A DNA stretch of 64,000 nucleotides from Anthoceros angustus (taxonomy: Eukaryota > Plantae > Anthocerotophyta), in contig MU008199.1 in NCBI GenBank assembly GCA_010909165.1, positions 62,001 through 126,000 on the forward strand. Direction: 5' to 3'. The position numbers were made by a program, and so were the translations under genes. The notes under the pieces are model-generated. The model worked only from the letters and a program-made list of their open reading frames with translations. It was not told the origin of the DNA and ran no database searches. Of this stretch, positions 48,614 through 61,187 are shown piece after piece; position 1 is the first letter of the stretch; each line of letters begins with the position of its first letter.

Positions 48614-50395
48614 ATGGATTCGGGGAGGTGGTTTGCGGGTGCTGGTGCCGGTGGCGGCGGTGATCAGGGCGCACTGGCTCAGGAGAGGCGGCTGAAGGAG
48701 CGGGAACAGGTGAGTGCTCATGGTGGTTGTATGGATTCAATTGACATGCATTTTGTGAAGTGTTGTGTTGTGTTGTGATGTGATGTGAAGTGGGAGCGGC
48801 TAATGTGGGTTTGTGGGTGCTCTGGATTCTGGAACGGCAGGCCTTCGAGGACTCCCTGGCTGACGATCTATGGCATGAGTTCTCGTTGCCGATTGGGCAT
48901 AGGCCGACTGAGAATCTGGACACGGATGGGCTAGAGCAGGCGTCTGTGAACACGCAGCTGTCCTCTTCGAATGTCGGGTTTAAGTTGCTGCAGAAGATGG
49001 GGTGGAAGGGGAAGGGGCTTGGGAAGGACGAGCAAGGTAGGTTTTTTTCCGGTTTAGGTTATGGGTTTGGGGGCTGGGGTGTGGCTGACCTGGGGTGGTG
49101 CAGGAATTGTGGAACCGATAAAGGCTGGGATGCGCGACCCGAAGCTAGGGTTGGGGAAGCAAGAGCAGGACGATTTTTACACAGCCGAACAGAATGTGCA
49201 CCGGAAGAAGCTGGAGGTGGAGCTGGAAGAGACGGAAGAGAAAACCAAGAAACGTGAGGTGTGTTACAAAATACGAGCTAGCCTGCACCTGTACCTGATA
49301 TCAGTCTATGGTCGAGATCGTGTAGGTGCAGTGGGCATTGCTAAGCTCTTTGTGTGTGCTCACCGACGCTTGGCCATTTTCTAATGGCTGGCTGGTTTTG
49401 CCCTCTGATCGTACGCATCTAAGGAGCAGGCAGCTGTAGGCTATGAGAATGTCGTTTTGGTGAAGGGAATGCCTGGAAAGGGAGTGTATCCTCTGAGGTT
49501 TACTACCTGTTTCCAAGGTATCCCGCAAGTTTTAGTGTGGGTTTTATTACCCTGCTGGCTTCTTCCGGCTGCTCCGTGCATATGAACATTCAGGTGGTGG
49601 CTGAGCGTGAGCAAAAAATCCAAGAAGAAGTGAAAGAGATTCGTAAGGTGTTCTACTGTGAGCTGTGCAACAAGCAGTACAAATTGGCCATGGAGTTCGA
49701 GACGCACCTGAGCTCCTACGACCACAATCATAGAAAGGTAAGAGTCTCTCCGCTCATGCCCAAGTCCCATTTCTTTTCCTGTGTGCAAGTCACTCTCACC
49801 CTGGGGAGAACCAACACCTGCAATCTGTCTTTGGCTGCAGCGTTTCAAGGAGATGAAGGAATCACAATCAACTCGCAGCCGGGAAGATCGGGAAAAGCGA
49901 GAGCAACTTCGACAGGAAAAGGAGATGGCTCGCTTTGCCCAACTGTATACCTCACTCTCGTCACGTTCTTGAATTTCCTTTCGTCCCACCGTTCAGACCC
50001 CTTTGTCACAGTATTTCTTGAGAATGGCAGAGCTGAAGCCCAACGACAGCAGCAGCAACAAGAGCAAGACGCGAGGACAGTATCAGGGGCAGCTGCTGCT
50101 GCAGCTACTGCCTCGGATGCACCTGCAGCAGCAGTCCCATCTGCTGTGGGCATTGCTGCTCCTGACCAACGAGGCTCTCTAAAGTTCGGATTTGGCTCTA
50201 GACCTGTGGCCTCCAAGGTAATCGCTTACTTTCTCAGCATCCCTGCAGAGTTTAAAGTGTTCCCAGCCTAGCTTTCCTTCACTAAACCTGTGCTTCGCCC
50301 GGCTGTAGATGTCCTTCGGTGCCACTTTGAAGAAGACCAAAGTGACAGGCAAAGTTGCCGCCGTGTTCCAAAACGACAGCGACGAAGACGCATAG
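48614..50395 (+). CDS. G-patch plus C2H2 zinc-finger protein (GPATCH8-like), multi-exon
   Basis: [30 protein letters not shown] (G-patch); FYCELCNKQY..FETHLSSYDHNHRKR; ends VAAVFQNDSDEDA*. Confidence 0.9.
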
Positions 50396-50803
50396 CTGCT
50401 ATCATGTCTCCAAGGCTGTAATACCCATCAGTCCAATTATGTACTCCTAAGCAGGACTGAAGCCTGTACTACTGGAAGTTGATGTCGAATTCCTTTTGTA
50501 CCAAAACTGTTCTGTAAGAGATGGACAAGCAAGCTGGAACTGTTCACTCTTCACTCTTGGAAATATGGATGTCTGGCCTCAAGACCATCACATCCTTTTA
50601 CTCCCATGGGTTTATTTGTTTCTCAGTAAACCAGCTGCAAAGCAAAGGATAAGCAGTCAAGCCAGGAACTACCTAACCGCAAACCGAGCCTGAGCCTCGG
50701 GCCGCGTCTATCCACAACGAACTGCCCATCACTGACCCGCCCAGCCCCGGAGCCCGCCGCGTCTCGAGACGCCAGACGGACTGCAGCCGTGCGAGGCGAA
50801 GCC

Positions 50804-52518
50804 ATGGCAGCGGCAATCGCAATGCAGGGAGCTGTCGTAGGCCTGGCCTCCTCCTCCTGTTCCTCAGCAGCTCAGAAATGCAGGCCCGCCCTGGCCGCGG
50901 CCCTCAGGACTGACGCCAAGTCTTCCAAGGCACAGCTGCATTTGGCATCTTCTTCCGCAATCTGGGCGGACTTCCACCTCTCCCAGCCTCTGGCAGTTTC
51001 CGGCAGGGCAGACAGGAGAGCAGTCGGGGCCAGGGCTGCTGCGGAAGCCGCGGGATCCAAGAAGGTGCTGATCATCAACACGGATGGCGGGGGCCACGCT
51101 GTCATCGCTGCTTGGACTGCCAAGGAGCTCCAGGAGCTCGGCCACTCGGTCACAATCCTGACCGTAGGAGAGGAGGGATCCAGCAAGATGAAGAAGCTTC
51201 CCTACAGCGAGTATGGCGTGAGTTCACCACTTTGTTCTTGTGTTCTGCTGCCTGCATTCTGCTGTTGAAATTGCAGCGTACGGTTGTCGTGACTGAGGCT
51301 GGCAATGCGCTTTCGTGTGATGAAGAAACTCCGTGAGCTCGGAGTGCGAACCATCTGGGGGAATCCAGCAGACGTTGCCGCTGCCGTTGGAACGGCTACC
51401 TTCGACGTGTTGCTTGAGAACAATGGCAAAGACCTGGACAGTGTGAAGTACGTTGTCAGATTGGTTACAATTGTGTTGAAACTGGAGATATGTTGGAGGA
51501 ATGTGTTTTTGGAAAGGAAATGGTAAGCACTAGGCTGAGCTTTGAGCACTTGCCTGCCCTACTTCAGACCTGCGCTGGACTGGGCACAAGCAAGTGGTGT
51601 GGAGCAATACCTGTTTATCAGTAGTGCTGGCATCTACAAGACGTCTTACGAGCCGCCTCATGTTGAAGGGGTAAGTAAGGTTTTGTCTGGCAGCAGAATT
51701 CCGGACGATCGCATGCATGCAGTCTGGTAACAGTCTTTGATTGCCGCAGGACCCTGTGAAGAGTGACGCAGGCCATGTGAAGGTGGAGGAGTATCTGGGG
51801 CAATCGTCCTTCAAAAGCTGGGCTAGCTTCCGGCCCCAGTACATGATCGGCCACGGTAACAACAAAGAGGCTGAAGAATGGTTCTTTGACAGTAAGTCTC
51901 CACCCCACCCAGCGTTGGCCGACGGAATGTTGTCGGTGACAGAAGTTAAATTGTGCTCATGGACTTGGCGCAGGGATTGTGAGAGATAGACCGGTGCCCA
52001 TTCCAGCCCCTGGGATCCAAGTAACCAACGTTGCTCACGTGAAAGATCTTTCCAGTTTGCTAGTTCTGGCAGTGCAGAAACCCGAAGCTGCAAACAAACA
52101 GATCTTCAACAGTGTTAGTGACCGCGCTGTGACATTCGATGGCCTGGTGCGATTGGCAGCTAAGGCTGTGGGGAAGGAGGCCAAAATCCTCCACTACGAC
52201 CCAAAAGCTGTGGGTGTTGATGAGAAGAAAGCCTTCCTCTACAGAAATCAGGTAACCTAGCTGGCTTCGAGTCTCGCTTAGTTTGTAGCTTGCCTTAGAC
52301 ATTGTCCGAACTTACCACCACTGCTGCTGCTGTTCCTACAACAGCACTTCTACGCAGAGCCCAGGGCTGCCAAGGAGATTCTGGGATGGACAAGCAAGAC
52401 AAATCTTCAGCAGGACCTTGTGGAGCGGTTCCAAGAGTATGTTGCAAGCGGCAGGGACAAGAAAGACTTAACATTTGAGCTGGACGACAAGATCATTGCC
52501 TTCGCCAATAAGCAGTAG
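50804..52518 (+). CDS. CSP41A: Chloroplast stem-loop binding protein 41 kDa a (SDR/epimerase fold), multi-exon
   Basis: [95 protein letters not shown]. Confidence 0.95.
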
Positions 52519-52741
52519 GCTGTATCGGAGGCCTGCTGTGATTAAACTCACAACATTGATGTATAACAACAATTTAATTTTACGTCCTTTTATGTACCAA
52601 GATTACGCGCAGTCCTCAAACAGGCTCAAACGCCTTGCGACGCCTTCTGATAAGTTCTCGCGAGCACCCGGGATAGCATGGGTGGTTTAGTGTGTCAAAA
52701 CAAGGAAGGAGGCGAGATGGAAGCATGTACACGACCTTTCG

Positions 52742-54082
52742 TTATTGATGAACCCTAGCTGAAAGGAAAAAAGGCAATGAATGGAGCCATGCATCATCCA
52801 TGCTGTCGAGTTCCAGTTCCATGACTTCGGGGCTCTTCTTGGCCTCGCTTGGGGCGGCGTTGCTAAGGTTGGTATCCTTTTCAGCAAGAGGAATCCTAGG
52901 CTTTTCAGCGGCAGTCTGTTTTTTCCCCTTCTTCGACCGTACATGTTCCTTGTCATCAGGCTTCTCCGATATCAAGGCCAACAACCTCTTCCCTTGAGAC
53001 TGTCCAGTGGAGGAGAGCTTGTCCGAATTCTTGAGGAATTCCTTCAGGTCGGCAGACGTCAAGTACTTGGCATGTCTCTTCACAGGCTCCTCTGCTTCTT
53101 CTGGCTTGCCCATGACATACTGAACTGCGCCCTTTGTCCTGTGTGCCAGCGGGTTGCTGATCTTACCCCCTCGCAGTTCCGCCCGGACGGTTTTGAATTT
53201 TCGTAGAGCTTCCGCCGCGTGGTAAGGACAATTCTCCCCCTGCCTCCTGTCCAGCACCACGTTGCAGGGAGTGCCGTCCTTCCTCGTCCCCTTGCAGACA
53301 CCGTAGTCCAGCGCTGTGCCTATTCTCATCACATGCCCCCGGCTGAAGACACTCAGACTCGCCTCCCTGTTCTCCTGCCTGCTCTTGGCATTGAACACAG
53401 CCACCATGCTCCCCGCCGGATGCTTCCAGTGGTGCGTGTACGCCTCCCCGAACAGGAAGAGCGAGATGACAGTTCCGTCCAAAGAGCTCAGCTTCCACAC
53501 CACATAATTTTTCCCTGCCGAGCTCACCCTAGGATTTGCCTTTTCCGCCACGATGCCTATGGTTGCCCAGGCGCCTTTGATGCTCTCCCGCATCATAGCG
53601 CTCTTGATGCCTTGCAGCCTGAGGAACCTCATCTCCGACAACTTGTCGGCAAGATCCGCAGGAGACACCACCTGGTCCTTGATCCTCAGGCCTGAATGCC
53701 TCTCCACGCATCCTCCACCTACCTGCGCCTGCGAATGCACCACCCGCGCCTTCGCTGCCGCCAGGACAGCTCCAGCTCCAGCTCCAGCCACCACATCCTT
53801 GAATGCCGCCATGCTCACAGGCTGCCTCGTCTTCGGCCGCTCCTCGTCGGAGCAGTATCCGAGAACACGCTCCACTCCGCCATCGCCGAGCACGCTCCCA
53901 TTGCCGCGGCTCGCATCCTCCCTTGCAGGAGACCCGGGCGGAGTCTCAGGCACTCCCCCTGCCTCCATGAGTTCCAGCAGAAGCTCCAAACCGCCATCGC
54001 CATCGCCATCGCCATTGCCACCGCCGTGCTCTCCTTCGCCGACCCCGCCGGCGTCGGCAGCAACATCGTTGCCGCCGGACAT
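52742..54082 (-). CDS. MCM10: DNA replication factor MCM10, single exon
   Basis: VERHSGLRIKD; OB-fold WATIGIVAEK..SSAGKNYVVWKL..ISLFLFGEAYTHHWK; CCCH zinc finger GVCKGTRKDGTPC…CPYH; TVRAELRGG. Alternative ATG at 54118. Confidence 0.92.
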   Translation of the reverse strand: MSGGNDVAADAGGVGEGEHGGGNGDGDGDGGLELLLELMEAGGVPETPPGSPAREDASRGNGSVLGDGGVERVLGYCSDEERPKTRQPVSMAAFKDVVAGAGAGAVLAAAKARVVHSQAQVGGGCVERHSGLRIKDQVVSPADLADKLSEMRFLRLQGIKSAMMRESIKGAWATIGIVAEKANPRVSSAGKNYVVWKLSSLDGTVISLFLFGEAYTHHWKHPAGSMVAVFNAKSRQENREASLSVFSRGHVMRIGTALDYGVCKGTRKDGTPCNVVLDRRQGENCPYHAAEALRKFKTVRAELRGGKISNPLAHRTKGAVQYVMGKPEEAEEPVKRHAKYLTSADLKEFLKNSDKLSSTGQSQGKRLLALISEKPDDKEHVRSKKGKKQTAAEKPRIPLAEKDTNLSNAAPSEAKKSPEVMELELDSMDDAWLHSLPFFLSARVHQ

Positions 54083-54689
54083 GGCGCAAATTCTCGCTCC
54101 GGGTTCCAAAATGCGCATCAAATACGCTCCAGTCTCGGCGGGAGAGAAAAGCTATGGGATTTGATTAAGGCGCAGCGACAGCCTAATACGGGAACCAGAA
54201 TGTGAGCTTATCTCAATGGCGCTCGCAGGAAGGTGTAGGCTGGTTGAACGTGGTTGGATAAAGGCGGGAAGCAACTTCTGGCCCTGCTGTCGTATCGTCA
54301 CGGATTGGAAAGCGGCAAAGCGTCTCCACAGGGTAGCAGTATTGTACGTGTCTGTGCTGACAAGGGGGAGGACTCTCGAAAATGACGGTTCTTGATGAGG
54401 CGGTGAGGAGCCGGGAGGTTGATGAATTCGAGCAGCAACGCTTTCGGTCTTTTCTGGATTGCTGGGAGCAAATTTGATGGCTTTGTTCGAGGATCGATTC
54501 GTGGAGGTTCCGCAGGTCATGGTCTGCTGGCAGAGATATGTTACGGGCCTGAGTGGAAGGTTTTGAATGGGGGCAGACCGGGGGTAGGAGGAAGTGAGGG
54601 GAATCCCTCCACTGACCAGTTTGATGTCTTCCCTTCCACAATGGAAAGAGCGACGGTAACCATACGGGGAGTCCATTGCCCAGTCAAAC

Positions 54690-56804
54690 ATGGAGCAAGG
54701 GTCTGTGGATTTGCCTAATGCTGCCATGCTGTTAGTGCACGAGTTCGTGGCCCAGCCGAGGAAATACAATGTTGCTTGCGGAGGTCACGGCCAGGACAGG
54801 TTTATTTACGCTTGCACCGTGCGGGAAGCAGGTGCAATATGGAACCAGCAATGAACATTGTTGTGGCTTGCATGCACCGGATGTGAAGAGGTGGTGGTGG
54901 AGGCATTCCATCCGGGCTGGCTCTGTTGAAATGAGGTATTTGGCTGATTTAGGCACCATGGCTGCGTACTCTTTTTCTGCTTGGGAATTTGAAATGGGAG
55001 TCACACTTGTGTGCCTTACTGCAGGTCGCTAGAGGCTCCTGGCGCTTGTGTCGCACATCTGTCGAATGACAGAGGCCAGTCCGACAAGGTGGAGCGGTTA
55101 GTTTGGAAAGTGAGATTGGCTCCCGAGAGGAGAAGTTCGCATGTTGCAAGGGGAGGATGCAGAAGGGTCCACTGCTTTGCCGTCACTTATCAGCAGCAGC
55201 GTCAAGGCATGTCTAACCTGGAGAACTTGTACATGGGGGTCCCGGTTAGGCAGTACTTCTACGCAGGTGAAGAGAGGATATCGCAGGCTGCTAAGGTGGT
55301 GGAGATCCTAGAGGGCTGCTCTGTGTGGGAACCGAGTGTGGAGGAGGCCCTTGAGGAGCTGGACTTGACCGTGGATACGTATGTTGTGAATGAAGCATTG
55401 AGACAGTTGAGTCGTGCGGATATCGCTATGGGCTTCTTTAGGTGGGCCGAGGCACAGGAGGGTTTCGAGGTACGGTCACACACGTTCAACATCCTGGTTA
55501 AGATTCTAGGGCATTCGCAGCAGTTTGACAGGATGTGGGACCTTCTGGAGGAGATGCTGGTGAGAGGGTTTGAGCTGAGCACGGTGACGTTCAACACCGT
55601 GATTGCCAGCTTTGGGAAGGCTGAGCTACTGGACCAAGCTGTGGAGGCGTTTGAACAAGTGAGCAACTTCGGATGCGTTCCAGATGTTGTGACATATACG
55701 ACTCTCATCGACCATCTGCTGAAGGCCAAGGCACCCAGGAGGGCCTACCTCATGTACCAACAGATGCTGGATGCTGAGTGTGCACCCAACGGGTACACCA
55801 TGAACAGCTTGATCACCGGGCTGTGCAGGCTGGGACAGGTGTTTGATGCGCTGAGAGTGTTCAAGGAAATGAAGGCTCAGAAGATTTCTCCCACGCTCTT
55901 GTCTTACAAGTGTCTCATCCACAGTCTTGTGAAGTTGCAAAAGGTGAAGCTAGCCCACAGGCTGTTCCTGGAAATGAAGGAGGCAGGGCTCATCCCGAAT
56001 CTCATCTTCTACAACATGCTGTTGAATGGGTTTGGCAGGACGAAACAGGTGGATGAAGCCCTGGAGCTGTTCAAGGACATGGAAGCCTACAAGATTCTTC
56101 CGGGCAGCCATACTGTGAACATCCTCATGGAAGCCCTCGGGAAGGCCAACAGGACGGACGAGGCTATAATACTGTTCAACAAGATGGAGGAGTACGGTCT
56201 GGAGGCCGATGTGAAGTCCTACACCATCATCATAGACAGTCTGGGTAAGGCAGGTCGGGTGGCAGAGGCCTGCCAGTTCTTCGAGGAGATGATCAGGCGA
56301 GGCTGCAGACCCAACGTGGTCACCTACAACTGCCTCATCGACGCCTTCGGTACATCAGGTCGGATGAATGCTGCCCTGGAGCTCTTCAGGATGATGAAGA
56401 AGGAAGGTCTGCAGCCCAGTGTGGTGACATATGGCACCCTCTTCTCCTCCCTGGACAGAGCCGGGAGAATAGTGGAAGCCTGCCCTCTCCTGGAGGAGAT
56501 GAAAGCCACCAACTGCATGCCCAACTTCATCGCCTGCCATGTCTTGCTCTACGGCCTGGGCAAGGCTGGAGAAGGTAAAGAGGCACGCAAAGTGTTGGAA
56601 ACCTTCAGGCACTGGCGGTGCGTCCCTGCCGAGCTACCATACAGCAGCCTGTGTGACGGGCTCCGGCAAGCAGGCTACTTCGACGAGGTCGAGAAGGTGG
56701 AGGAGGAGATGAAGCTCGTTGTGGGATCCAGCGGTTCCAGCGCCTCCAGCCTCGTCAAGTATCGGAGCCAGTGGCCGCAATCCAGACAGCTTCCAGCAGA
56801 GTAG
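54690..56804 (+). CDS. P-class pentatricopeptide repeat protein (about 12 repeats); probable join(54690..54799,55025..56804)
   Basis: Consecutive 35-aa motifs such as VTYNCLIDAFGTSGRMNAALELFRMMKKEGLQPSV; no E or DYW domain. The 5' exon is inferred from an in-phase GT-AG intron. Confidence 0.9.
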
Positions 56805-57573
56805 TCAGAAGTACAAATTTGTGGAGGATAGATCCATGGAAGCATCTCTGACAGGGCACCATGTTGGCTCTGACCGCTGCCAAGACAGGTGTAGGAAAAT
56901 CAGGAAAAGGCGCCAGCTAGCTCTTGTTTTTTCTTTTCTTCATACAATGCCGCCGAAGCGTATGTACGTGAAAAAGGAAATTGCGGCAGATACCTGACAG
57001 GGACTCATGAATGCCGTTCCTATACACACGCATACAAAAGCCGGTGAGTTAAAACCGTGAGTGTTTCTTCTGTGGCGGGCTGCGAATACACACCAAGATT
57101 TGAAAATAAAGCGCAGGTGAGGCAGAAGCGCAGCGAGCGAAACGAGGCGAAGCACAGCACCGCACAGGCCAGCGGCATCGGCAGCAACAAGCAGAAGAAA
57201 AAGCACGAACAAAAGCACAGTATTTGCTTGTGTAGCAAAGAAGGCAAAATCCGCTGCCTGTTCTTGTTTGCCTCGCCGAGGCGGCAACAGAACACAGCCA
57301 CAACAAATGAATTGAATGAGTGGCGAGCGAGTCAGTATAGAGGAACGTGCAAGCATCGAGCGCAGGCGACGCTGGCATGATCCATGGCGATGACTATCTA
57401 ACCTAACACCGGGAGCACTGTTTCAGGACCTTGAGGAGCTTCATTCCCAGGAAGCAGGCCGGACTTGTCCGGCCCGTCCCCGAACAGATCAGGCGGGGCG
57501 AGAATCATTGTACAAGGGAGGACGGCCTAATGTGATGGAAAGATGGCGACGACGACGACCAGTATCAGCAGCA

Positions 57574-58095
57574 TCAGCAGCTCTCAGTAGTACAATAAGA
57601 CGACGACGGCAGCAGTAATGGCGGCAGCTCCATCACGCAGCGCCTTGCTCCAGTCGACCACCTCCATCCCCGCCGCAGCGCCGCAGCAGGCATGCACACG
57701 CAACGCTCGTCCGCCTTCAATTCGGTGCAGCAAGCTTCTCGAACGCGGACAGGCCTCACACTCCCTGCCCCACCCCCGGCTGCCGCGATCGCAACAAATC
57801 GCTCCTTCACCACCGCAGAAGCAGCCGTTCCAGCCGTTCTGTAGCCAAAGCGATTAGCCGCGAAGCCGCGAGCACGCACATCCGCACCGGGACTCAAACC
57901 GCGCTCCTCCGAAAGCTCCGGCCAGCGAAAAACGGCGCCGGCAGCCGCGTCAATGCCGCCTCCCGCGGCCTCCTCCAAGAAGCATCGCACCAGCACCCGC
58001 GCCACGCTCCGAGCTCCGTCCAAGGCGAGAAGCAGCAGAAGCGCGACAAAATTCCCTCGAACGAAGCTCAATTTCGAGGCGCTCGCCGGCGCCAT
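57574..58095 (-). CDS. Candidate secreted Cys-rich protein with a prolamin/nsLTP/2S-albumin-like CC..CXC motif (173 aa)
   Basis: GCC-ATG-GCG start; signal-peptide-like MAPASASKLSFVRGNFVALLLLLALDGARSVA; EACCTELKADERCVC…RRC…YCTTESC; 8 Cys in total. Confidence 0.4.
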   Translation of the reverse strand: MAPASASKLSFVRGNFVALLLLLALDGARSVARVLVRCFLEEAAGGGIDAAAGAVFRWPELSEERGLSPGADVRARGFAANRFGYRTAGTAASAVVKERFVAIAAAGGGAGSVRPVRVREACCTELKADERCVCMPAAALRRGWRWSTGARRCVMELPPLLLPSSSYCTTESC

Positions 58096-60796
58096 GGCCG
58101 GCGCTTTCCCGCAATGCCGCTCCTCCCTCCCGCGCGGCAGCAGGAGGAGCGGAGAAGCCACAGCAGCAGCGGCATCAGGGGCCGCCATGCGCGAGCCAGG
58201 AGCGCAAGGCGGGAAGGCGTGGGGAGCAGGGACGGCAGGAAGCCGTGAGCGAGCCGTCCCGCCTGCTCCCGCGCTACCGCAGGCGCAGACGCATGCGCCC
58301 GCGCGTCTGCTCCGGCTCCGGCTCCGGCCGGACGTCGCCATCGCCAAGCCCCGGCTGCTGCGGCTGCTGCTGCGAAGCAGACGCAGGCAGAGACGGAGGC
58401 GCAGGCGCTGCAAGCGCAGGCGCAGGCGCAGGCGCAGGCCCAGGCGACGCAGGCGCGGCAGAGGTGCCGGCCCCGACTCCGGCTCCGGCCGCGCGCATGA
58501 TGCAGATGCGGAATGCCCTAACTGCGGACTGTCCTGGGCGCCTGAGGACAATCAGTGCGGCAGGCGCCTGGCTCAGCCTGGCTGGCTGCCTGGCCCAATC
58601 CTCATAAAGCGCAAAAAGCCTGTGTAGCTACGTAAAAGATTGTGCTCCTCTGAATCCCAGATTTTCCCCTTCTCCTCCTCTAACGTGGCCAATGCCGGAC
58701 TTCATCATGCATCGCCCACCCTCTTCGACTTCCGCGTCCACTTCCCCATTTTGGCCCCTCAAGGCATCCGAGGCTCAGGCCCAGGCCCAGGCCCTGGCCC
58801 TCTTCTGTACTTGCCTCCCTCCCTTGCTCATGCGCATATTCCCATCTACAACAACAAACCAACACATTTTCTATCATATTCTAACTTCTTCACAAACCCA
58901 TTCCCTCCTGGAGACTCTCGATCACAACTCATTCTCTCATGGAGGAATACCATGGAGTGGGCGGTCTCGTGCTCAAGAACTCTCATGTAGACTAGCTCCC
59001 TACCATTGCAACATGATGAGATAGCAGTGAAGTTGTCACACAGCTTGGAGAGCGTACTCGAGAGAGTCTGCTCATGTGAGAAAGCGTGGAAAGGAAAAGT
59101 GCAAGGAAAAGGATAAGCAGCGGTAGGAGCATGATCAAGCCAAGTGGGGGGTGTGCTTACCCGATGCGGGTGACGTCGGGATGAGGCAAGCTGTGGAGTG
59201 AAGGTTAGGATAACAAGGTGGGTGAAAAGCGAAGGGAGGGGAGAAGGGATGGACGGATGGAAGCCATGGGTTGGGCGATGATTGGGCGGCAGGCTGGAGG
59301 CTGGAGGCTGGAGGCTGGAGGCTGCAGGGAGGCCCGTAACCTACGCTATGATGGGGGCCGTATGGTGTAACTGCCGGGGCTGGATGGCACGAGAGAGGGG
59401 AGACCGTAACGGCGAGGCAGACAAGGGCTATTCATCTCGTGGTTCGTCACGGCAGGTGAGACCGTGAGACGGGGGAGGCAAGCAGGCCTGTACTGCTGCT
59501 CACATCAAGTGGACAGGGCCGGGAGCCTGGAGGGAGGCTTTCTTGTACTGGACAGTTACGCAAACACGCACACACACATACACACATCCAGGACCAGGCA
59601 GCGGATGGATCATGGACCGGAGCGGACTTGCTGGAGTCTGTTACTGTTAGAGCACACCAGTCCTGGGCATCATGGATGGTACAGGACAGTACCGGCCTCC
59701 CAAGTGTGTGATGGATGCGCCGGGGTCAAGGAAAGTCGTGCTGTCCGTTGCGCTCTTGAAGCCTGGAGCCTGGAGCCTGGAGCCTGTGGGTGACGAGGCT
59801 CTTGCGGGGTGATGGATGATGGCGTCGCTCTGGCTTCTTGTGGCAGCAGGTAGGAGGAGGGTGTGGATTTGTGGACATGGGTTATTTAAAAAAAACAATG
59901 TTGGGCAGGGAGGGACGGGCAGGACGCAGGAGGCAGGAGAAATTCATTCGGTGGGTGGGAGCGCCAGACTGACCTGGGCTTGCCAGCCTTTGTGATGGAT
60001 TGCCTTTCTGCGCCTTTCTTGGACCTCATCATGCTGGCTGGAAGACATTCCATCCGCCAGGAGAATTGAGTGCCCAGGCAGTTGGTGATCAGCAATTCGG
60101 GTGGAAAAGCTGGAGCTTACCGGCACGCATGCCTTTTCCTCATGCCAGAAGCAAGGGGAGGCAGGATGGAGGAAGAAGGGGTTGGTGGGTACTGCATACT
60201 GGGTGGGGTACTGCATACTGGGTGGGGTACTGCATAAACATGCCAAAGGGCACAGAACAAAACAGGGGATGCATGTACCTAAGTACGTCCCATTTGAGTG
60301 GAGTGCGGCACTCATCTCTGCATTGCAAGCTAGCGAGCATGGACAGACTGATTCACATGCTGCTCCATCACTCAATGCTAAAACAGAGCACGTTACAGAC
60401 TAATAGTAATCAGCCGGAAGAGGGTTGGGTTGTCAACCTTCCTTCTAGTTCCTCTTCCTCTACCGTCCAGCCCTCCCTCCGTCCCAACACATGGTCAGTG
60501 CCTGCTGTCATGTGCAAAAAGGGGCTGCCTGCCGGAACCCACACCCTTGGCACAGGCAACTCTCGTTTCCTTATCCAGGGCCTGCAATTCAGGGTGGTCT
60601 CCGAGAAAAATCATGCCCGGTAGACATCATGCTGCAATCTTCTTCCCTCAGCACCTGCACTCCACCATCACGTTGCCACTCCCCCACAACCTCTCCCTCC
60701 ACCTCCAAGCAGCTGCCAGAACTCCATCACGATGCCAAACCCGGCTGCATCCCCTTCGAGCTCCCAACCTGAACAACCGACCAGACATCCCCTACC

Positions 60797-61187
60797 CTAA
60801 TCCTTCGACCTCAGCTGATTGTTCTCCTTAATCTTCCTCCGATTATCCAGCTTCAGCAACCGCCTGAGCTCCGGAATCTCCATCTGCTCAGGGTCCTTCT
60901 TCCGCAACTCGCTCAGCGACTGCGGCTTATCCAGCAGGCGAAACAGCCATTCCGGGTAATCGGAGTCGGGCAGAATGGCAGGATCCTTGCCCTCCTTCAA
61001 AATGTTAGCCCCCAGCGTCACATGCACCCTCTGCTCCTTAGGCACCACAGGAAGCGGGGCCGAGTCCCCCCTCCCCGCGCCCCTTCTTCTTCCCGCCTCC
61101 TCCCGCGGCCTTGGGGCCTCCCGCCGCCTTCCCCGCCCGCAGCCTCAGCGCCGTCCTCACGCCTCCACGCCCCAGGACGCTCGCCAT
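60797..61187 (-). CDS. MRPL54: Mitochondrial ribosomal protein mL54 (yeast L37 family), with an apparent +1 frameshift in a homopolymer
   Basis: GANILKEGKDPAILPDSDYPEWLF…RRLLKLDNRRKIKENN. The ATG at 61187 with an Arg/Gly/Lys-rich leader joins the conserved part only if one base is removed, e.g. from the C6 run at 61066-61071. Confidence 0.85.

Noticed and set aside
57436-57452. miR166-like gcttcattccc
   Set aside because: Partial match only; the 5' half (TCGGACCAG) is absent.
59030-59050. miR536-like sequence (ccaagctgtgtg on the minus strand)
   Set aside because: Only a 12-nt exact core with a mismatched 5' end, and no fold-back partner was seen.
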